Assembly (NCBI GenBank): GCA_905612225.1
Contig: CAJQRG010000006.1
Coordinates: 1,483 to 65,482 of the forward strand
Direction: 5' to 3'
Origin: Emcibacteraceae bacterium
GTDB lineage: Bacteria; Pseudomonadota; Alphaproteobacteria; Sphingomonadales; Emcibacteraceae
Length of the DNA stretch: 64,000 nucleotides
Shown here: one piece after another, positions 40,808 through 50,432 of the stretch
How the letters are laid out: each line of letters starts with the position of its first letter
Position numbering within the stretch: position 1 is the stretch's first letter
Notes under the pieces: model-generated
Seen by the model: the letters and a program-made list of their open reading frames with translations, nothing else
The model's database searches: none
Told to the model about the DNA's origin: nothing
Program-made: the position numbers and the translations under genes

Positions 40808-42148
40808 TTAGTTAATTATTTTATCTAATTGTTTTAAAAGGGATTTATGTGTTGTTTCTAATATAAAATTAAGTTCTTCATCACTAACTGTATAAGGGGG
40901 GGCGAGCAGAATATGATCTCCGTTTATTCCATCCACGCAGCCTTGAGATGGATAGCTGAGCATTCCATTCTCAAGTATATCTGACTTGATTTTACCAGCC
41001 AAATTAAATGCGGCAGGGAATGGTTCTTTTGTCTTCTTATTTTTTACAATCTCAAGCCCCCAAAAAAGACCGCGACCCCGAATATCACCTATGTTGGGGT
41101 GATCCGCGAACCGATCATTAAGCATTTTTTTAAACTTTGCACCCTGAGACCGGACCCGATCAAGTAATTGATCTTCCTCAATCACTTTAAGAACTGCAAG
41201 GGCTCCGGCACAGGCAATGGCGTGGCTCATATATGTATGCCCATTCCATAGGTTTCCAGTACCATTTTTGATTGCATTAATAACTTTTTCGTTTGCAAGT
41301 AGGGATGCTATGGGTTGATAGCCTGCTCCAAGACCCTTAGCGATTGTAATGATGTCAGGGCATGCATCTTCCGCTTCCATGGCGAATAAATATCCTGTTC
41401 GACCAATGCCACACATGACTTCATCAGCAATAAAGAGGACACCGTATTGATCACATATTTCACGAATTCTCTTAAAATAACCAGGCACGGCTGGCTCCGC
41501 TCCTAGTGAGGCGCCGGATACAGGCTCCACAACGAAGGCAGCAACCGTTTCTGGTCCTTGTCTTAATATTTCCTCTTCTAGAGTATTTGCCATACGCAAA
41601 CCAAATTGTTGTTCATTTTCATTATCATTCTTAAAACGGTACGCGTAACAAGGAGGTATATGGGCTACATCGATCAACAATGGCGCAAATGGCATTTGAC
41701 GTTGTTTATGGCCGCTTGTGGCCAATGCACCTAGGGTGTTACCATGATAGGATCTGTTGCGGGCAATGATTTTAGCGCGCTTCTCGTCCCCACGCTCAAG
41801 GTGGTATTGTCGGGCAAGCTTAAGAGCGGCTTCCATTGCTTCAGAGCCAGAACCAAGAAACATGGCACGCCCGCTTCCAAATCCTGCAGGAGCATTTTCA
41901 ATCAAGTAAGTAGCAAGTTTTTCGGCCGGTTCATTGGTAAACACACCAGTATGGGCAAATGATACTTTATCTAACTGTTTTTTTATAGCTTCAATTACAC
42001 GTTGGTTTGTATGGCCGAGACAGGAGACAGCAGCACCGCCACTGGCATCAAGGTATCTTTTTCCTGTATCATCTATAAGATAATTACCCTCCGCTCTTTT
42101 GACAGTGGGCACAGTTATACTTATATTTCTATGCAGAACGTGTGACAT
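40808..42148 (-). CDS. Class III PLP aminotransferase
   Basis: YLDASGGAAVSCLGH, GSGSEAME, SYHGNTLG, FIADEVMCGIGRTG, AKGLGAGY. Confidence 0.92.
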   Translation of the reverse strand: MSHVLHRNISITVPTVKRAEGNYLIDDTGKRYLDASGGAAVSCLGHTNQRVIEAIKKQLDKVSFAHTGVFTNEPAEKLATYLIENAPAGFGSGRAMFLGSGSEAMEAALKLARQYHLERGDEKRAKIIARNRSYHGNTLGALATSGHKQRQMPFAPLLIDVAHIPPCYAYRFKNDNENEQQFGLRMANTLEEEILRQGPETVAAFVVEPVSGASLGAEPAVPGYFKRIREICDQYGVLFIADEVMCGIGRTGYLFAMEAEDACPDIITIAKGLGAGYQPIASLLANEKVINAIKNGTGNLWNGHTYMSHAIACAGALAVLKVIEEDQLLDRVRSQGAKFKKMLNDRFADHPNIGDIRGRGLFWGLEIVKNKKTKEPFPAAFNLAGKIKSDILENGMLSYPSQGCVDGINGDHILLAPPYTVSDEELNFILETTHKSLLKQLDKIIN

Positions 42149-42169
42149 AATACGGATCCATTAATAATT

Positions 42170-42206
42170 AGTTTTATATAAGAAACAATTGTTTATTTAT
42201 AAAACA
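42170..42206. promoter_or_regulatory. Candidate IclR operator 2 with adjacent related dyad
   Basis: AGTTTTATATAAGAAACAATT followed by GTTTATTTATAAAAC in the divergent aminotransferase/CoA-transferase gap. Confidence 0.55.
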
Positions 42207-42245
42207 TATATTGAAATGAAAAACAATAAAGAATATAAGATAGTC

Positions 42246-43397
42246 ATGATGCAACCATATGCAAATATAAAAATACTAGACCTCACTCATGTGCTCGCCG
42301 GACCATTTGCGACTTATCAGTTTGCACTTCTTGGTGCAGAGGTAATTAAAATTGAAGATCCAGCTAATCCTGACTGTGCACGTGGGCGTGGTCCAGACGC
42401 ACTACAGAACGCAGAACTGCGCGGCCTTAACTATCAAGTGCAGGCATCTAATAAAAAGGCTATTACACTTGATCTTAAGACGGAAGCAGGCCAATCCATT
42501 TTTAAAGAGTTAGTAAAGAATGCAGATATTCTCGTAGAAAATTATCGTTCGGGTGCGCTGTCTAAACTTGGCCTTGCTTATAATGACCTTAAAAAAGTTA
42601 ACTCAAAATTGATTTATTGCTCCCTAACTGGTTTTGGTAGCAGCGGGCCCAAAGCAGAAGTTAATGCTTATGATAATGTCATACAGGCAACCAGCGGCGT
42701 TATTACTCAGTCCGGAGGTCATAAGCCCGGCGTATCATTTGTTGACTACGCGGCGGGATATAATGCTGCGTTTGCAATATCGGCTGCGCTTCATCAGGTT
42801 AAAATGACTGGTTCTGGAACACATATTAGCTGCTCGATGCTTGAAGTAGCAATGAACCTTATGGCTCCTGAGGCAGCAGCAGCACAACATCCAATAAAGG
42901 CTCTGCGTGATAAAGAGCCAGGGATCAGTGCTTATTCTACTATGGACGGGATATTGATGATGGGTGCCTTTACTCACTCTCAGAACCGTCGAATGTGGAG
43001 GTGTTTGATAGAACTTGGTTACACTGTATCAAAAGGTTTATATGCGCCTACTGATTGGAATAGCTTGTGGGCGGCAGGAGATCAGATTAAAATTACCTTG
43101 AGTGATATATTGCTTGATAAGAATGCAAGTGAGTGGCAAAAAATATTTCATGCTGTCGGTGTTCCGGCGGAGAGAGAGCGCACGTTAGATGAGGCGGTAT
43201 TAGATCCGCAGTTAGAAAATTATTTTGAGCAGGTGGAAGGCGTAACGCTTCCTAAGGCTGCGTTTCATTTCGAGGGTGGGGCAGAAATAACAACGCCACC
43301 TCCGGGTTTTAGTGAACATACTGATGAAATACTGTTTGGGATAGGTATTTCAAAATCAGAAATTAAACAGTATAGAAAAGATGGGGTAATCGCTTGA
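42246..43397 (+). CDS. CaiB/BaiF family (class III) CoA-transferase
   Basis: ILDLTHVLAGPFAT, LGAEVIKIE, ADILVENYR, SLTGFG, SFVDYAAG (catalytic Asp); start placed at MMQPY. Confidence 0.9.
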   Translation: MMQPYANIKILDLTHVLAGPFATYQFALLGAEVIKIEDPANPDCARGRGPDALQNAELRGLNYQVQASNKKAITLDLKTEAGQSIFKELVKNADILVENYRSGALSKLGLAYNDLKKVNSKLIYCSLTGFGSSGPKAEVNAYDNVIQATSGVITQSGGHKPGVSFVDYAAGYNAAFAISAALHQVKMTGSGTHISCSMLEVAMNLMAPEAAAAQHPIKALRDKEPGISAYSTMDGILMMGAFTHSQNRRMWRCLIELGYTVSKGLYAPTDWNSLWAAGDQIKITLSDILLDKNASEWQKIFHAVGVPAERERTLDEAVLDPQLENYFEQVEGVTLPKAAFHFEGGAEITTPPPGFSEHTDEILFGIGISKSEIKQYRKDGVIA

Positions 43398-44254
43398 CCC
43401 AGTGCTTAACTGCAAAGCTTTGGTCTAAATTGCCTGATGAATTTCATTTTAAGGGTGAGCCGACTGATTGGGTTAAAATGACGAGGCCTGGTCAGTCTCT
43501 TCACTCATTTCTTGAGGGACCAGACCTTGATAGCCATGGCAACCTTTGGCTTGTTGACGTTCCCTATGGACGTATATTTTGTATTAATCAAGATGGTGAA
43601 TGGCACGTTGATAAAGAATATGATGGAGAGCCGCATTCGATTAAACAAAAATCTGACGGTAACTTTATAATTACAGATTATAAAAATGGTTTGCTTGAAT
43701 ATGATGGTAATGGAAATCTAAAGACATTGATCCCTGGTGATCAATTTAAAGGGCTTTCTGATTTAAGTATCGCCGAAAATGGTGATATTTGGTTTACCGA
43801 TAGCGGAAGGACAAGTCTTACTGACCCAACGGGTGGCGTTTATTGCCTGCGTGCAAGCGGCGAACTTAAGCATGTGCTTGCTAACGTTCCGTATCCAAAT
43901 GGTATAGCCTTATGCCCCGAGGGTAAATTCGTTTATGTGGCTGCGACCCGAGCCAATGCTGTATGGCGTTTTATGGCAAATTATCCAGACCGGACATGGC
44001 CAATGGTGGGTACTTACGTTCAAATGTCAGGTGGACTTGGCCCTGACGGACTAGCGGTGCATTCAAATGGCAACCTTGCTGTGGCCCACGCTCAGGCAGG
44101 GCGTGCATATGTTTATAACACTTTTGGTGATACCTTAGCACTTATCAAACTTCCGGATGGACTTTGGATTACAAGTTTAATTTATCAAAAAAACACCCTT
44201 TATTTAGTTGAGGCCCAAACTGGGTCCATATATTGGGTAGAACTAGAGGAATAA
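43394..44254 (+). CDS. SMP-30/gluconolactonase/LRE family beta-propeller
   Basis: SFLEGP, IWFTD, PNGIAL, GPDGLAV; TTG start overlapping upstream stop. Confidence 0.88.
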   Translation: MTQCLTAKLWSKLPDEFHFKGEPTDWVKMTRPGQSLHSFLEGPDLDSHGNLWLVDVPYGRIFCINQDGEWHVDKEYDGEPHSIKQKSDGNFIITDYKNGLLEYDGNGNLKTLIPGDQFKGLSDLSIAENGDIWFTDSGRTSLTDPTGGVYCLRASGELKHVLANVPYPNGIALCPEGKFVYVAATRANAVWRFMANYPDRTWPMVGTYVQMSGGLGPDGLAVHSNGNLAVAHAQAGRAYVYNTFGDTLALIKLPDGLWITSLIYQKNTLYLVEAQTGSIYWVELEE

Positions 44255-44255
44255 A

Positions 44256-45152
44256 ATGAAAAAAGAAGATTTGCATGGCTTTGTCCCTGCGGTAGTGACC
44301 CCTTTTAATGAAGCGGGTGATATTATGGAAGATGCTTTTCAATCTCTTGTTAGTTGGCTAATTGGTCAAGGGGCTTCAGCTATCTGTGTATCTGGCGATA
44401 ACGGAGAAAGTTGGGCATTGTCAGCGGCGGAAAAAGGTCGCTTAACCCGCCTGGCTGTTGACGAGTCTGCTGGGCGTGTACCAGTGATAACTGGATGTTC
44501 TGCAACAACACTTAAAAATAACATTGATTTTGCTTTGGCTGCAAAAGAAAACGGTGCTGCTGCGGTTCTATCTATGCCGCAGACATATGTACTTAAAACT
44601 ACACGTGATGAGCTTCTGGGGCGGTTTGAAAAACTGACTGCGGCTATTGATATGCCTATTGTTGCCTATAATTCACCACGCCGAGCTGGGCTTAATTTAA
44701 CAATTGACGATATTGGCGCAATAATGGATGTTGCTCCCATTATTGGCATAAAAGAAAGTAATCGTGATTACTTCCATCATACCCACCTTATTAATCGCTA
44801 CGCGGATAAAATGGCTATTATGGTTGGGCCATGTCATTACATAATGCCTGGTATTGCTTTGGGAGCTAGTGGTTTTATTGCTACGGGACCAGAATTTTTA
44901 GGTGCTGATACTGCAAATATTGTAGCACTTGCAAAAGAAAAACCTGGAGCTAAACAAGCGGAAATTCATCATAAGCTTACGGTTCTTTATGAACTTCTTA
45001 TGGGACACTCTACTTGGCCTGCAGCTTTTAAAGCAGCACTAAACTTAATAGGTCAGCCAGCTGGTGTTCCTAGAGATCCAGTTTATGCGGCTACAGACGA
45101 AGTTGTTGATTCAATAAAGAAAAAATTTGATGAATTAGGAATATCATACTGA
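44256..45152 (+). CDS. DHDPS/NAL-family Schiff-base lyase (not canonical DapA)
   Basis: PAVVTPF, GDNGES instead of GTTGE, AYNSP (Tyr), GIKES (Lys). Confidence 0.88.
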   Translation: MKKEDLHGFVPAVVTPFNEAGDIMEDAFQSLVSWLIGQGASAICVSGDNGESWALSAAEKGRLTRLAVDESAGRVPVITGCSATTLKNNIDFALAAKENGAAAVLSMPQTYVLKTTRDELLGRFEKLTAAIDMPIVAYNSPRRAGLNLTIDDIGAIMDVAPIIGIKESNRDYFHHTHLINRYADKMAIMVGPCHYIMPGIALGASGFIATGPEFLGADTANIVALAKEKPGAKQAEIHHKLTVLYELLMGHSTWPAAFKAALNLIGQPAGVPRDPVYAATDEVVDSIKKKFDELGISY

Positions 45153-45154
45153 CA

Positions 45155-45418
45155 ATGATCGTGCGGGCTGAAGAAATTTTATTCGAATTTGATGGCAAGA
45201 CCTATAATGGTTTTGCAGGTGAGAGTATTGCTGCAGCATTACTGAGGGTTGGTGTTACTCACCTACGCGATGCTCCCAACTCGCAAACTCCAAGGGGGAT
45301 GTTCTGCGTGATGGGCGTTTGCCAGGAGTGTGTAGTAGAAATAAATCAACGGAGGGTTGAGGCCTGTCGTACTAAAGTGTCGAATGGACTAAAGATAAAG
45401 CGAGCTGACAATGTATGA
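45155..45418 (+). CDS. 2Fe-2S small subunit (HcnA/opine dehydrogenase gamma-like)
   Basis: GESIAAALL, RGMFCVMGVCQECVV, EACRT. Confidence 0.88.
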   Translation: MIVRAEEILFEFDGKTYNGFAGESIAAALLRVGVTHLRDAPNSQTPRGMFCVMGVCQECVVEINQRRVEACRTKVSNGLKIKRADNV

Positions 45419-46817
45419 CGTAATCGTTATAGGGGCTGGCCCTGCTGGCGCAACGGCGGCTCTTGAAACTTCTTCCGGGGGTTTAAAAACCTTACTCATC
45501 GACGAGCAATCAGATGCTGGAGGACAAGTATGGCGGGCAAGATCAGAATCCATACTTAATGCGCCTAAAAATAACTATAGTATAGCAGGGGATGATTTAA
45601 GATCTCGTGTTGGCGCAGGCCTGGTGAATTTAATGTTTGGTGCTCGTGTTTGGCAGATAGAAAAAACAAATGATTATTGGACCCTTGGAATTCAAGGCTG
45701 CGAAGAAAAGCAAGTGAAAGCAAAAAAATTAGTTATTGCCACCGGTGCTCAGGAAAGGGTTATTCCAGTTCCAGGGTGGACCCTCCCAGGAGTATTTGGT
45801 CTAGCTGGAGCAACTGCACTTTTTAAGGAGCACATGATAATACCGGGGCGGCGTACTATTGTTGCAGGAAATGGTCCGTTGCTTTTTTACGTTGCCAGTG
45901 AGGTTTTAAGACTCGGTGGTCAGGTGTCGGCAGTTGTTTCGTTGAATAGTCGCAAGGATTGGTTAAGTGCACTGCCCGCGATGCTTAGAAACCCTTCGCT
46001 TATCATTCAGGGCTTAAGGTGGATGATTTCACTGTATAAAAATCGGGTGCCCATTTATTGGCAATATGCAGTTAAAAGTGTAGCAGGTGAGAGTTCAGTC
46101 GAAGGGGCAAATATTTGTGCGGTGGATAAAAACTGGAGTTTAATAAGTCAAGAGGAACAGTATATATCAGCTGAAAGCGTTTGTTATGGCCACGGGCTTA
46201 TGCCAGCTATTGAGGCAACCCGCCTAGCTGGTGCAGATCATCACTTTGATGAAAAGTTGGGTGGCTGGGTGCCCACGCTTGATAAATATGGCCGTACGTC
46301 CATATCTGGTCTCTATGCTTGTGGCGACAATGCAGGAATATTGGGTGCAGATGCTGCCCCTCATCGCGGAGGGCTCACCGCAAATGCTATTTTTGAAGAT
46401 ACTGGAATGAGTAACCGTGTTGACATCAACCAAATAGCATATGAAGCTTCAATAAAATTTGGCCTGGCGGCTACAAAACTCTCTATTCCAAGGGCAGGCT
46501 ATGAGAGCTTTATTTCGGCAGAAACAGAAGTCTGCCGTTGTGAGGGGATTAGCCGTGCCGAGATTGATTATGAAATTAAAAACGGATCTCTTTCTCCCGA
46601 CGCCATTAAGTCAGGCACGCGCTGTGGCATGGGGCCATGTGGTGGTCGTTATTGTAATGAAAGTGTTTCCATTCTTACTGAATATTTAACAGGTAAAAAT
46701 CGTAAAGAAATAGGAATTCCAAGTGCGAGACCGCCACTGAGACCAGTATGTATGGATAGTGTGTCTAATGAGCTTGATTATAATGACCTTCCTATTCCAG
46801 GGGTATCACCTCTATGA
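45411..46817 (+). CDS. FAD/NAD(P) oxidoreductase with C-terminal BFD-like Fe-S domain (HcnB/OoxA-like)
   Basis: VIGAGPAG, ATGAQERVIPVPGWTLPGV, VCRCE, TRCGMGPCGGRYC, RPPLRPV. Confidence 0.9.
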   Translation: MYDVIVIGAGPAGATAALETSSGGLKTLLIDEQSDAGGQVWRARSESILNAPKNNYSIAGDDLRSRVGAGLVNLMFGARVWQIEKTNDYWTLGIQGCEEKQVKAKKLVIATGAQERVIPVPGWTLPGVFGLAGATALFKEHMIIPGRRTIVAGNGPLLFYVASEVLRLGGQVSAVVSLNSRKDWLSALPAMLRNPSLIIQGLRWMISLYKNRVPIYWQYAVKSVAGESSVEGANICAVDKNWSLISQEEQYISAESVCYGHGLMPAIEATRLAGADHHFDEKLGGWVPTLDKYGRTSISGLYACGDNAGILGADAAPHRGGLTANAIFEDTGMSNRVDINQIAYEASIKFGLAATKLSIPRAGYESFISAETEVCRCEGISRAEIDYEIKNGSLSPDAIKSGTRCGMGPCGGRYCNESVSILTEYLTGKNRKEIGIPSARPPLRPVCMDSVSNELDYNDLPIPGVSPL

Positions 46818-47917
46818 CGGGTACGTTTGACATAGCGGTTATTGGTGGTGGGATAATGGGCTGTGGTGCAGCCCTCCAGCTTGCTGCAGGCGGTATGAAT
46901 ACGGTCATTCTTGAACAAGGTGATATTGGTGGTGGCGCCTCCGGTGTTAATGCGGGGACCCTTTCCATGCAAATAAAAAGAGTTAAGCTTATGCCATACG
47001 CTATTAAAGGTCATGCAGAATGGGAAAGTATGGGTTCTGCAGTTGGCTTTACAAAAACTGGGGGATATACACTTGCTTTTAATGACCGCGAAGCGGAACT
47101 GCTTAATAAACGCATGAATATGAAGCGAGAAGCGGGTGCCAATATTACCTTCATAACACCAAATAAATTAGAAAATATTGAACCACATTTGACAAAAAAA
47201 ATTGTAGCGGCCAGCTATTGCCCTGATGATGGTTTTGCAAATTCGTCTCTAACGGGTCAGTATTACCGCAATAAAATTGAAGATGCGGGCATTCATTTTT
47301 TTGAAAGGTTTAAGGTCACCAGTATTCGGCGTACATCAGAGGGGTATGAAATAAATTCAGGCGGTCAGACAATATCAGCGCGGCGCATATTGTTAGCTTG
47401 TGGGGGTTGGATGAAAACTATTGCAGCCATGCTGGGGGCAGATTTACCAATTAGGGCTAGGGTGAATACGGTTTCGGTGACAGAACGTGCTCCAAAACTT
47501 ATGAATTCTGTTATTGGCCATGCTACGGGTCTTCTTACTATGAAACAGAAAGCGAATGGTACAGTACTTATTGGCGGTGGTTGGCAGGGTAAAGGAAAAC
47601 CAGAGGATGGGCGAGGTAACGTTTCGATTGATAGTCTCATTCCTAATCTGCAACTAGCTCAATTTGTTGTTCCCGAACTCTCAAAAATTCGCATTGTTCG
47701 ATCGTGGACTGGCTTTGAATCAAATGTTCCCGATTTTTACCCTCTTGCTGGAAAGCTCCCAAATAATGATAATGTATTTATTCTTGGCTGCGTGCGCGGT
47801 GGTTATACAATAGGGCCTTATATTTCAAAATTAATGGGCGATTATATATTGGGTGAAGAGCTGGAATTACCACTTTTTGATCCATCACGGAAAATGGAAG
47901 AAGGAAAATTGATATGA
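46814..47917 (+). CDS. DAO-family FAD oxidoreductase (HcnC/OoxB-like catalytic subunit)
   Basis: IGGGIMG, GASGVNAG, LACGGW, VRSWTG, GYTIGP. Confidence 0.88.
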   Translation: MTGTFDIAVIGGGIMGCGAALQLAAGGMNTVILEQGDIGGGASGVNAGTLSMQIKRVKLMPYAIKGHAEWESMGSAVGFTKTGGYTLAFNDREAELLNKRMNMKREAGANITFITPNKLENIEPHLTKKIVAASYCPDDGFANSSLTGQYYRNKIEDAGIHFFERFKVTSIRRTSEGYEINSGGQTISARRILLACGGWMKTIAAMLGADLPIRARVNTVSVTERAPKLMNSVIGHATGLLTMKQKANGTVLIGGGWQGKGKPEDGRGNVSIDSLIPNLQLAQFVVPELSKIRIVRSWTGFESNVPDFYPLAGKLPNNDNVFILGCVRGGYTIGPYISKLMGDYILGEELELPLFDPSRKMEEGKLI

Positions 47918-48684
47918 AATTAAACACACTCGAGGGTAAAGTTGCAATCATCACAGGTGGTGGTACGGGAATAGGTGAGGCCGTTGCAAATACGTTTGCA
48001 GATCACGGTGCTCACGTAGTGGTAACTGGGAGAAGCCTTGAGACAATTTTGCCGGTGGCAGAACGTAATAATGGGACAGCTATTGTCTGTGACGTTTCAA
48101 AGTTTGAAGATGTTCAAAAACTTTTTACTAAAGCCCAGTTAATCAATGGTCATATTGATATTTTAGTTAACAATGCGGGTATTCCTGGACCAGTGGCCCC
48201 AATCGCTGAGGTGAATGTTGATCAATGGAGAGCGTGTGCCGAGATAAATCTCTTTGGTGCAATGCATTGTATGCGTGAAGCTGCGAGAATAATGTGTGCA
48301 CAAAAATCAGGTTCAATTATTAATATGTCGTCCTTGATGGGCATTGAGGGATATCCGATGCGCTCAGCTTATACTGCTACTAAATTTGCACTTGTTGGCA
48401 TGACAGAAGCAGTTGCACGCGAAGTTGGACCGGATAATGTAAGGGTAAATGTTCTTCTTCCAGGTGCTGTATCGGGTAAAAATATGGATCGAATTCTCGA
48501 ACATCGTGCTAAAGCAGAGGGCAGGCCGGCAAGTGAAATAGAGCGTGAAAATTACACCGATGTTGCAGCGCTTAAACGTTGGGTCGACCCTGAAGAGGTT
48601 GCAAAAGCAGCCCTGTTCTATGCATCGGATGCATCAAGCGCAGTTACTGGTGATAAAATGAAAGTCTGTTGTGGTAGATTTTAG
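47914..48684 (+). CDS. Short-chain dehydrogenase/reductase
   Basis: TGGGTGIG, NNAG, NMSS, YTATK. Confidence 0.93.
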   Translation: MKLNTLEGKVAIITGGGTGIGEAVANTFADHGAHVVVTGRSLETILPVAERNNGTAIVCDVSKFEDVQKLFTKAQLINGHIDILVNNAGIPGPVAPIAEVNVDQWRACAEINLFGAMHCMREAARIMCAQKSGSIINMSSLMGIEGYPMRSAYTATKFALVGMTEAVAREVGPDNVRVNVLLPGAVSGKNMDRILEHRAKAEGRPASEIERENYTDVAALKRWVDPEEVAKAALFYASDASSAVTGDKMKVCCGRF

Positions 48685-48706
48685 AATATAAAATAGAGGA
48701 AAATAG

Positions 48707-50404
48707 ATGTCAGTAAAAAACATAACAAGAAGAGAGTTTTCAAAAGGTGTGGCAGCATCGGCTGCTGGAATTACTCTCGTGTCGGCGACGGATATCGCTA
48801 ATGCTCAGGAGATAGTATCATCATCAAAACATAAAAATGTTCTTATAATTATGATGGATCAGGAGCGTGCTTGGTCAACCTTACCTAAAGGACTTAAACT
48901 TCCAATGCGTGAAAAGTTTGCCACACAGAGTGTTTCCTTTGAAGAATTTAATATAGCTACTCTTTCCTGTGCCCCCTCGCGGTCAGTTATTTATACGGGC
49001 CAACATGTTCAGCAAACCACAATTTTTACGAACCCCGGACTTGGCGAGGGAGACCCAATACTTAATGTGAATAATACACCAACTATTGGACAAATGTTTA
49101 AGGGGCTTGGTTATAAAACTGCCTATAAAGGTAAATGGCATCTCTCTGTTGGGTTTGATGAGGATAATTTAGATGCGCTTGCCGAATACGGTTTTGATGA
49201 ATGGCATACAGAGGGTGACACTGCTGGCATCGTTTACGAAGGGGCGGAAAAAGATAGTAAGATTTTGTGTAATGCAAAAGATTATCTAAAACGTCAGCAG
49301 GGTGCTGACGAGCCATGGCTTCTTGCAGTTAATTTCGTAAACCCGCATGATATTATGTGGCTAGATGCTAATGGTAAGCAGGCAGAAACTCGACTGCGCC
49401 CCGGCCTTGTCAGTGAAATGCGTCCTGCGCAGGATAAATACCCATATAATTACGACTTTGGTTTTGATGTTCCTGATAACTTTTATGATGATCTTAGTAA
49501 AAAACCTGAAGCACAAATGGAGTTTGTAAAATTAGGTCAATACTTTTACGGTGAGCAGGAGGTTTCTGACGAAGAGGCGTGTCGCAATGTGATTAATTAT
49601 TATGCCGCTTGCCTTGTGGATTCTGATAAAATTATTGGTGATTTGTTAGCCGCGGTTGATGTCTTAGGAATGTCAGACGATACTATTGTTATTTTAACTG
49701 CTGATCACGGTGAAATGGGTGGGGCCCACGGCCTTCGCCATAAAGGTCCATTTATGTATCGGGAAAATTTAAATATTCCACTTGTCATTCGTGACCCTGA
49801 CGGCGAGAAAGGCATCAAGTCAAATGCATTAATGAGTGCCATTGATTTTGGACCGACACTCATTGGCCTTATAGGGGAGGATTATAAATCTGTTGAGGCA
49901 CGGCTTAAAGGATATGATTATTCAAATATTGTAAAAGGTGTGAGTGCTAAAGACCAACGTGATGAAATTCTTGTTTGTTTCAGTAATACAACACAGGGTA
50001 ACTCAAGGCTTGAAAAAATAAGAATGGTTCAAAAAGAAGCAGAGAAAAATGGTGCCCCGGCAGTTCAGTTTAGTTATCCTGATGACTTTATACAATTTGA
50101 TAAAAGAACGCTTGGTCGTGGCATAATTACCTCTAAGTATAAGTATTCACGTTGGTTTACGCCAGGTGACCACCATTTACCTAAAACATGGGAAACTTTG
50201 GTAGGACGCAATGATTTGGAGCTTTATGATTTAGATGCTGACCCCCTTGAAATGACTAATCTTGCTGAAAACCCCGAAAGTCAACGAGAATTGATTTTAG
50301 ATCTTAATAATCGTCTAAATAGGCTCATCAATAAGGAAGTAGGGGAAGATCTTGGTGCTCATATGCCTGGAGAGCATAGTACTTGGACGTCGAAAATAGA
50401 ATAG
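48707..50404 (+). CDS. Formylglycine-dependent (Cys-type) sulfatase with Tat signal
   Basis: TRREFSK leader, MMDQER, CAPSRSVIYTG (CxPxR), YKGKWHL, NPHD, TADHGEM, ELYDLDADPLEMTNLA. Confidence 0.9.
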   Translation: MSVKNITRREFSKGVAASAAGITLVSATDIANAQEIVSSSKHKNVLIIMMDQERAWSTLPKGLKLPMREKFATQSVSFEEFNIATLSCAPSRSVIYTGQHVQQTTIFTNPGLGEGDPILNVNNTPTIGQMFKGLGYKTAYKGKWHLSVGFDEDNLDALAEYGFDEWHTEGDTAGIVYEGAEKDSKILCNAKDYLKRQQGADEPWLLAVNFVNPHDIMWLDANGKQAETRLRPGLVSEMRPAQDKYPYNYDFGFDVPDNFYDDLSKKPEAQMEFVKLGQYFYGEQEVSDEEACRNVINYYAACLVDSDKIIGDLLAAVDVLGMSDDTIVILTADHGEMGGAHGLRHKGPFMYRENLNIPLVIRDPDGEKGIKSNALMSAIDFGPTLIGLIGEDYKSVEARLKGYDYSNIVKGVSAKDQRDEILVCFSNTTQGNSRLEKIRMVQKEAEKNGAPAVQFSYPDDFIQFDKRTLGRGIITSKYKYSRWFTPGDHHLPKTWETLVGRNDLELYDLDADPLEMTNLAENPESQRELILDLNNRLNRLINKEVGEDLGAHMPGEHSTWTSKIE

Positions 50405-50432
50405 AATAGGGTAAGATAAAGGAGCTTAGTTT

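Noticed and set aside
44256-45152. Calling this dapA
   Set aside because: GTTGE motif is replaced and the context is catabolic
45155-47917. Calling the trimer hydrogen cyanide synthase hcnABC
   Set aside because: Only family-level similarity; catabolic context fits an amine/imino acid dehydrogenase better
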